This document shows positions 55,441 to 61,787 of a DNA stretch of 61,787 nt, one piece after another (within the stretch, counting starts at the first letter, position 1; every line of letters starts with the position of its first letter). The translations under genes and the position numbers were made by a program. The notes under the pieces are model-generated. The model worked only from the letters and a program-made list of their open reading frames with translations. It ran no database searches and was not told the DNA's origin. This stretch comes from a virus (lineage: Duplodnaviria > Caudoviricetes): IMG/VR virus record IMGVR_UViG_3300042305_001048, positions 1 through 61,787 of that record; one strand, written 5' to 3'.

Positions 55441-56280
55441 ATGCCCGATGTAAAAATCAAGGATTTGCCCCTCGCCGCAGCGGTGGGCGCTTCTGTCGTC
55501 CCCGTAATGAACACGGCCGGGACGGCCACCAACTCTGTCACCCTGGCGTCCATTGCGGCCTTGGGTGGTGGCATCCCAGCCACGCACGCCGCCTCTCATG
55601 GAAGTGCTGGGGCCGATCCCATCAGCCCGTCCGCTATCGGCGCAGCCGCGGCAGACCATGCCCACGGCGGCATCTCGGCAGACGGCAAGGTCGGTTCTAC
55701 ATCCGGCTTGCCCTTGGTGACCGGGGCAGGCGGGTCAGTCACGGTGGGGGCCTTTGGCACCACATCCGGCACGTTCTGCCAAGGCGACGACGCCCGCATC
55801 ACGGGGTCTAGGACTCCCACAGCTCACGCCGCCAGCCACGCTACGGGCGGGTCGGACGCGATCACCTATTCTGAGATTGGTGCCGCTGCGGCCGAACACG
55901 CCCACGGCAACATCACTAACGCCGGCGCCATCGGCACCACCTCTGGCCTCCCTGTGGTTACCACCACCTCCGGCGTCCTGACCACGGGGGCGTTTGGTTC
56001 CACGGGCGGCACTATCTGCCAAGGCGACGATTCTCGTCTGTCGGATTCCCGCACGCCCACTAGCCACGCGGCCTCGCATGCAAGCGGTGGGGCAGATGCC
56101 GTGACGCTGGCGATCTCGCAGGTGACCAATCTGCAGTCCTCCCTGGACGCCAAGGTGGGCAGCGTGATCACTGGCATCGCCGGAGCGGTGGCGATCACCA
56201 ACGTGGTGAAAGTGACGCAGGCGCAGTACGACGCCATCTCCACCAAGAGCGCCACTACCCTGTACCTGATTGTCGGGTGA
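55441..56280 (+). CDS. Fibre protein with HAASH..G.D / HAHG repeats
   Basis: Repeated His motifs; C-terminal TQAQYDAI....TLYLI. Confidence 0.7.
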   Translation: MPDVKIKDLPLAAAVGASVVPVMNTAGTATNSVTLASIAALGGGIPATHAASHGSAGADPISPSAIGAAAADHAHGGISADGKVGSTSGLPLVTGAGGSVTVGAFGTTSGTFCQGDDARITGSRTPTAHAASHATGGSDAITYSEIGAAAAEHAHGNITNAGAIGTTSGLPVVTTTSGVLTTGAFGSTGGTICQGDDSRLSDSRTPTSHAASHASGGADAVTLAISQVTNLQSSLDAKVGSVITGIAGAVAITNVVKVTQAQYDAISTKSATTLYLIVG

Positions 56281-56283
56281 TCA

Positions 56284-56385
56284 ATGGCTGCAAACTTTGG
56301 CGATACCGCTGTGTCTGCCATCAAGCTGGGCGATAGCACCGTGACCAAAATCTATCTCGGCACCAGCGTGGTGTACGGCTCGTAA
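56284..56385 (+). CDS. 33-aa fibre-tip adaptor peptide (absent from the ORF track)
   Basis: MAANFGDTAVSAIKLGDSTVTKIYLGTSVVYGS fills the gap exactly. Confidence 0.55.
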   Translation: MAANFGDTAVSAIKLGDSTVTKIYLGTSVVYGS

Positions 56386-56397
56386 CCCGGGGGACGC

Positions 56398-57651
56398 ATG
56401 AGCTACGGCGCGCTGCTGACGCACAACGGCGACTACATCGACGGCTCCGATGGGAGCAATCTCGTCACCTCGTTCTTTACGGATGACGGCGGGTTCCAGA
56501 CATCGACGCGCCAGTTCCTAACGTACTTCGATGCCGTGGAGCATCTGATCTCTGCGTCGTTCGGCGGCCCCCAAGACGCTGAGCAGAAGGACATCCGCAC
56601 CGCCCTCCAGCGGGCGTACCGCGAAGTCTCCACCATCAAAGACTGGCGGTACTACAACACCCACGGCCGTATCGTCTTCAACGCCCGCTGGGAGGGGACG
56701 GTCACGTACGACGAAGAGACGCGCCTGTTCACCCGTGTCACGGGCGACACCTTCCCCCTGCACTCCGCCAATTGCAGCCTGCGTGTCAACAACGTCGTCG
56801 TCCGCATTGCCCGGCGTGTCGACGGCAACACGCTCTTGGCAGACCCGGTGGTGAAGTTCCCCACTGATCTTCTGACCCCCAAGGCCGCGCTCCTGTACCA
56901 GTCGCTGTATCGCCTGCCTGCGGACTTCCGCAACATCGACACGCCGATGGATCAGAACAAGTGGACGTACTTCACGTTCGTTGAGCCGGACATGGCGATG
57001 AAGATCGAATCCACCGTCGACCTCCAAGGGCCGCCGAATGCGTGGACGGTCATCAAAGACCCCTACTCTTCCGGCTGGGCGGTGAAGGTCATCGGGTATC
57101 CGATCACCGTGGAGACTCTGGACTTCACCTACCGGCGTCTGCCGAGAGGGCTTCGTATCTCAGGCCATGAGGACTCGTCCCGGGCCGGCACCGTGACGGC
57201 ATCCGGCCTGACGCTGACGGGAACTGGCACCTTCTTCACGCAGTCGATGGTCGGGTCGGTGATTCGGTTCGGCACGCAGGACGACCTGCCGGACTCGCTG
57301 GGGTCCATGCACCCGTACGAGTCGGAGTCCCGTATTGTCGCGGTCGCTAGCGCCACCTCTGCAACGCTGGCGAGCGAGGCGTACGCCACCAACGTGAAGT
57401 ACGTGGTGACTGACATCCTTGACATGCCGGACTCCATGCACAACGCGCTCCTGAGCTGCGCGGAGTACTGGCTCGCTCGCATGCGCGGGACCAAGCCTGA
57501 GAACGCCTACGCCCTGTATCAGAGAGACTTACGGCTTGCGATGGAGGGCGACCAGCTCGCTCCGTACGCCGGGACGCAGAGGGTGATCTGGGATACGAGC
57601 GGCTGGCGGACGCCGCTCCAGAGTGACAACTTTGACGGGGGTCGCCCGTGA
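56398..57651 (+). CDS. Head-tail adaptor / tail tubular A-like protein
   Basis: ALQRAYRE...YRLPADF...GYP...FTYRR; precedes the nozzle genes. Confidence 0.65.
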   Translation: MSYGALLTHNGDYIDGSDGSNLVTSFFTDDGGFQTSTRQFLTYFDAVEHLISASFGGPQDAEQKDIRTALQRAYREVSTIKDWRYYNTHGRIVFNARWEGTVTYDEETRLFTRVTGDTFPLHSANCSLRVNNVVVRIARRVDGNTLLADPVVKFPTDLLTPKAALLYQSLYRLPADFRNIDTPMDQNKWTYFTFVEPDMAMKIESTVDLQGPPNAWTVIKDPYSSGWAVKVIGYPITVETLDFTYRRLPRGLRISGHEDSSRAGTVTASGLTLTGTGTFFTQSMVGSVIRFGTQDDLPDSLGSMHPYESESRIVAVASATSATLASEAYATNVKYVVTDILDMPDSMHNALLSCAEYWLARMRGTKPENAYALYQRDLRLAMEGDQLAPYAGTQRVIWDTSGWRTPLQSDNFDGGRP

Positions 57652-60600
57652 TCCCGATTAACAAGTGGGCAGGGCTTGTCACCAACGCTTCCCAGTATGC
57701 GATCCCTCCGGGCGCTGCAGTGGAGCAGGTCAACCTGCAGTGCCTGATTCCCGGGCAGTTGACGGTGCGGCCTGGAATGACGCCCGTGACGCTTCCTGTG
57801 CCCAGCACGGCCACAACTTCTATTGTGCGTGCGTTCCGCTACCAGCACGGGTCGGCAGAACACATCGTCTACCAAGACGCGCAGGGCAACATCTATTCGT
57901 CGGTGGTGGCCGCAGGCGCTGTCACCACCACCTCGCCTCCCGGGGCGCCCGTCATCGCAGCGGCGCTGCCCGGCAACACCACCATCGCCGTCTCGGTCAC
58001 GGCGCCAACGGACACTGGCGGCTCGGCCATCACGGGATACTCGTTCCAGGTCAGCACGGACAACGGAACAACGTGGACCGGCGCCGGATCATCCACAGCG
58101 ACCTCGTACACCATCACCGGGCTGGTCAACGGCACGGCCTATCGCATTCGCGCGTCCGCCAATAACGCATCGGGGACTGGGGACTACAGCGCCTCCTTCG
58201 GGCCGGTGTCGCCTAGCGCTCCAGCCGTTCGACCAGCTTCACCGCCGGCTGTGGTGACGGCTACTGCCGCCGCCGCCAACACGGCCACTGTTGCGTGGTA
58301 CACGCCTTCCGACGACGGAGGCTCCCCGATTACTGGCTATAGCGTGCAGCGTTCGTCGGATCGCGGGCTTACGTGGGCCGCAGCGGTGACCACTGGCGTA
58401 GTCAGCCAATCCTCTGTGTCAGGGCTGCTTGCCAACACAGACTACGTGTTCCGCGTAGCCGCGATCACATCGTATGGGACAGGCCAGTACAGCACCGCGA
58501 GCAATTCGGTCAGTATCGTTGGCGCCACCTCCACACCCAGCCAGCCGCAGAACCTGTCCGGCATCGCCACCACCACCTCAGTAACGCTGTCTTGGGGCGC
58601 CCCGGCCAATAACGGCGGCTCTGCGGTGACGGGCTACAGCATCCGCTACGGCACCTCGTCCCAGGGACCTTGGATTGTGCAATCCGCCTCCGGCCTCACG
58701 GGCACAGTCTCTGGCCTCACCGCCAACACCCGCTACACGTTTGGCGTCTACGCCAGCAACGTAAACGGCGACGGCCAAGTCGCTTCGATTGATGTGACGA
58801 CACTGGCGGCGTCTGCGAATACCGCCCCGTCCTCGCCCACAAACCTTGTGCTGACAAGGACGGCTGACGGCTTCACGGCGACATGGGATGCACCGGCTAG
58901 CACGGGCGGGTCTGCCATTACTTCGTACAGAATGACGCTAGCGAACTCATTCACGGGCCAAGAAACGCAGGTCTACACCGGCCTGACTCGCGCGTACACG
59001 GCCACGGGGCTGGCGGCGGGAACAACTGTGTGGGTGTCGGTGTACGCCATCAACGCGGTGGGTAGCAGCACTGCGATGCGGGCAAATGTCGGCATTGGCC
59101 TCGCCCCGTCTGCCCCGCTGAACTTCACGGCGACACCTACGAACTCTCAGGTGACGCTGTCTTGGTCGCCTCCGGCCAGCCTGTATGGCCAGCAAGTCAC
59201 CGCCTACCTGCTGACGTACGGCGAGGGCTACGGCTTGCAGGTGGCCGGCAACGCCACTTCACAGACTATGATTCCTATTTCGGGCCAGCCGTTTGTGGCG
59301 GGAGCGACGTACACGTACACCGTTGCCGCCGTCACGGCGTCGGGGTCCGGCGCCGCAGCCTCTGTCACGTTCACCGTTCCCGCCGCTCCGGCAACGCCAC
59401 CTTCTGCTCCACAGAACTTTCTGCTTACGCCCACTTCAGGCGGCTTTACAGCTACGTGGGACGCGCCCGCCAGCAGCGGCTCCAGCCCGGTGATTAGATA
59501 TGAGTTGCTCTACAACCCTGGTGGGTGGGTGCCCTCCATGTCGGCCACGGCGCGTTCTGCCACGGTGAGTGGCCTTACGAACGGCACGGCGGTGACTGTC
59601 ACGCTGTTCGTCTTCACTGCAGCGGGGAACGCTTTTGTACAAGGGCAGGTCACGCCGTTCCAGGCGGCGACGGCTCCCCGAAACCTGTCGTTTTCTCTTG
59701 CGTACGTCTTGGCCGACAGGGCTACGGTCAGCCTGTCTTGGACAGAGCCTTCGTCGCTTGGAGGACTGGCGCTGACGCGGTACGTCATCTACAAGGACGG
59801 CGTTGAATTCGCGGCCTCTAGCACCACTGCGTCTACGATCACGCAGCTCCCCGGCACGGCCACGTATACGGTATATGCACAAACTACCGCCGGCTTGTCG
59901 CCCGTCTCCAACTCCGTGACTGTGACTGCTGCTGTTCCGACCGCGCCTGCAGCGCCGGCTCTGACTTTGGTGTCTAACACGGGCGGCGAATTGCAGTTCA
60001 TCGCGTACTCCGCTTTGCCTGCTGGCATGTCGTCCATCGATTACACGGGACAATTCAGCCTGGACTCAGGCGCGACATGGCAGGCCGCCACTCTGAAGCT
60101 GAGCGCCATTCATGGCGGCAGCGTGAAGTTTCTTTGCACCATACCGTACGCCGGGTCTGCCTCGCGCGCGGTCCTGGGGCGGGCGCAGGCGACGGCAAGC
60201 GCGGGTGGAGTTTCCAAGACGAGCGCATGGTCGTCTGCGATCAGCGCAACCGTGACTTTTTCGCCCCCCGTGTTCTCCCCGTCAATCACCAGCGTGGACT
60301 TGGAGGATATTCAGACCAAGGTGTCTTGGACGGCCGCGGCGGCGAGCGGTGGCTCTGCTGTCACGGGATACACGGTGCGATACAAGCGCGCCAACGGCAC
60401 GGTGGTTTCTACACAAACGGTAGCGCCGTCCGTGCTTACCGCCACGTTCAGCAGAACGGAAAGTTCTGGAGATGCCGTGGAGATTTTGGCGGTAAACGCT
60501 GTGGGGTCGACCACGGCGTCTCTTGTTTTGCCGAGACGTTTTAGCGCCCCGCCAAATGTCGTCATTAACGCAAACACTGAAGGCGCGGTGCTGCTGTCAT

Positions 60601-61148
60601 GGGGCGTGATCGCATACACGGACGGGCGCACTGTGGACGGTTACGTGGTGTCCCGAAGCGTCGACAACACCACTTGGACGACGGTCGCGACTCCCACCGC
60701 CCGCTCAGTCACGCTGACCTCGCAGCCACTCGGGACTCGCTCGTCTCCTGTGTATTACCGCATAGTAGCAACTGCAGGGAGTGACAACTCAAGCCCGACT
60801 GTGCGACAGACGCCCGCCGCTCCCGGTCGCCCCGGATTGTCCAACCTGGATTACAATTGCACGCTGCCAGAGCTAATCATAAGTCCGCCGACGTACAATG
60901 GCGGCGCGGCGCTGTCGACATACTCTATCGACATTGCGCAGCCGCCGCTGGGCACCTCGCTGTCTACGATGAGCCAAACGTACTGGAGGACGTTCACAAC
61001 CGCGCAGGCCAACGGAAGCGCACCAGTAACTGTGCGGCTGAGTTTTTCTAACTCCACTGCTGCCCACTATGCGCGTGTTGTGGTGTTCAACGCGGCGGGA
61101 ACCGCTAGCCAATACGAAACAATAGTGCTTGCGAGCTGCCAGCTATGA
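57648..61148 (+). CDS. Nozzle-like N-terminal segment fused to about ten FN3 domains
   Basis: WAGLVTN...IPPGAA...NL....GQLTVRPG then repeated W.AP...GGS.ITGY units. Confidence 0.75.
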   Translation: MIPINKWAGLVTNASQYAIPPGAAVEQVNLQCLIPGQLTVRPGMTPVTLPVPSTATTSIVRAFRYQHGSAEHIVYQDAQGNIYSSVVAAGAVTTTSPPGAPVIAAALPGNTTIAVSVTAPTDTGGSAITGYSFQVSTDNGTTWTGAGSSTATSYTITGLVNGTAYRIRASANNASGTGDYSASFGPVSPSAPAVRPASPPAVVTATAAAANTATVAWYTPSDDGGSPITGYSVQRSSDRGLTWAAAVTTGVVSQSSVSGLLANTDYVFRVAAITSYGTGQYSTASNSVSIVGATSTPSQPQNLSGIATTTSVTLSWGAPANNGGSAVTGYSIRYGTSSQGPWIVQSASGLTGTVSGLTANTRYTFGVYASNVNGDGQVASIDVTTLAASANTAPSSPTNLVLTRTADGFTATWDAPASTGGSAITSYRMTLANSFTGQETQVYTGLTRAYTATGLAAGTTVWVSVYAINAVGSSTAMRANVGIGLAPSAPLNFTATPTNSQVTLSWSPPASLYGQQVTAYLLTYGEGYGLQVAGNATSQTMIPISGQPFVAGATYTYTVAAVTASGSGAAASVTFTVPAAPATPPSAPQNFLLTPTSGGFTATWDAPASSGSSPVIRYELLYNPGGWVPSMSATARSATVSGLTNGTAVTVTLFVFTAAGNAFVQGQVTPFQAATAPRNLSFSLAYVLADRATVSLSWTEPSSLGGLALTRYVIYKDGVEFAASSTTASTITQLPGTATYTVYAQTTAGLSPVSNSVTVTAAVPTAPAAPALTLVSNTGGELQFIAYSALPAGMSSIDYTGQFSLDSGATWQAATLKLSAIHGGSVKFLCTIPYAGSASRAVLGRAQATASAGGVSKTSAWSSAISATVTFSPPVFSPSITSVDLEDIQTKVSWTAAAASGGSAVTGYTVRYKRANGTVVSTQTVAPSVLTATFSRTESSGDAVEILAVNAVGSTTASLVLPRRFSAPPNVVINANTEGAVLLSWGVIAYTDGRTVDGYVVSRSVDNTTWTTVATPTARSVTLTSQPLGTRSSPVYYRIVATAGSDNSSPTVRQTPAAPGRPGLSNLDYNCTLPELIISPPTYNGGAALSTYSIDIAQPPLGTSLSTMSQTYWRTFTTAQANGSAPVTVRLSFSNSTAAHYARVVVFNAAGTASQYETIVLASCQL

Positions 61149-61787
61149 CATCAAACCCCGTCCCAACGCCCTCGTCCGCGTCTCTCGCTTCGCGCGCTCC
61201 TGGCTCGCTGGTGTCTGTGCAGCTCACTACTGGTGGGTCTGGGTACACGGCCGCGCCTACAGTCAGTCTGACTGGAGGGGGTGGGACGGGCGCTGCCGCG
61301 GTGGCGCACATGGCTGGGACGATGGTGGAGTCTATCGTCATCACCAACTCCGGTACTGGGTACACATCCGATCCGACCGTGACCATCACCGGCAACGCCA
61401 AGGCCACGGCGCACGCCTACACCGGGGCGTTTCGCCCGGCGACGTTCTTCCGCTCGCGATTCAACGACATGTACGCCGTGGACGGCATGGGCCGCGGCGT
61501 GCGATGGAACGGCGAGGCCGGTCAATTCCAAGCAATCGGGATTTCCAAACCTGCTGTTGGCCCGACGATCAAGGCGTCCGCCTCCGGTGCCGGGCAGTAC
61601 GTCTCGTCCATCGATGTTCTCCGCGGCGGCGCTGGGTACACCACAGTTCCCACGGTCACACTGTCGGGCGGCGGCGCCACCAAGCAGGCAACGGCCACCG
61701 CCTCCATATCTGGAGGGCGTGTGACGCAAATCGATGTCACGGACTCCGGGGCCGGGTACACCTCTGCTCCCACGGTGGACATCAAAG
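61145..61787 (+). CDS. 5' part of the gene continuing at 1-2112
   Basis: ATGA overlap at 61145-61148; no stop codon to the contig end; in frame with 61..2112. Confidence 0.8.
   Translation, partial: MTSNPVPTPSSASLASRAPGSLVSVQLTTGGSGYTAAPTVSLTGGGGTGAAAVAHMAGTMVESIVITNSGTGYTSDPTVTITGNAKATAHAYTGAFRPATFFRSRFNDMYAVDGMGRGVRWNGEAGQFQAIGISKPAVGPTIKASASGAGQYVSSIDVLRGGAGYTTVPTVTLSGGGATKQATATASISGGRVTQIDVTDSGAGYTSAPTVDIK

Noticed and set aside
1-61660. Alternative genetic code
   Set aside because: Core genes are full length in the standard code and all three stop codons end genes at tight junctions
61661-61787. Terminal repeat as a biological direct terminal repeat
   Set aside because: It is exactly 127 bp and lies mid-gene, which fits an assembler k-mer overlap

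Overview
This is a complete, circularly permuted dsDNA tailed-phage genome of 61,660 bp. Bases 61661-61787 exactly repeat bases 1-127, an assembly overlap. It is GC-rich and podovirus-like: portal, TerL, major capsid protein, head-tail adaptor, nozzle-like proteins and large ejection proteins are present, with no tape measure or sheath. Layout: virion genes (37288-61660 wrapping to 1-12999); a tyrosine integrase next to a 5' tRNA-Arg-like fragment (candidate attP); recombination genes and a helicase split into two genes (14163-19969); a ~350-nt structured non-coding region in front of two nucleases (20806-21956); a lysis-position cassette with proteases and membrane proteins but no recognisable endolysin (23141-26832); a sigma factor converging on a serine recombinase; a minus-strand operon of small early genes with repeated junctions and an amidoligase plus glutamine amidotransferase pair (27975-35732); and a control region with repeats and a possible second, ECF-like sigma factor (35760-37280). 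I see no DNA polymerase, primase, complete tRNA or CRISPR array. A Planctomycetota host is my inference only. The best leads are the structured RNA beside the nucleases, protease-based lysis, a recurring RGRCAVT-N5-DTAG late promoter, and an N-terminal peptide (MPSYYDDAA..LIRRL) shared by unrelated putative capsid-internal proteins. All family calls come from reading motifs by eye, not from database searches.
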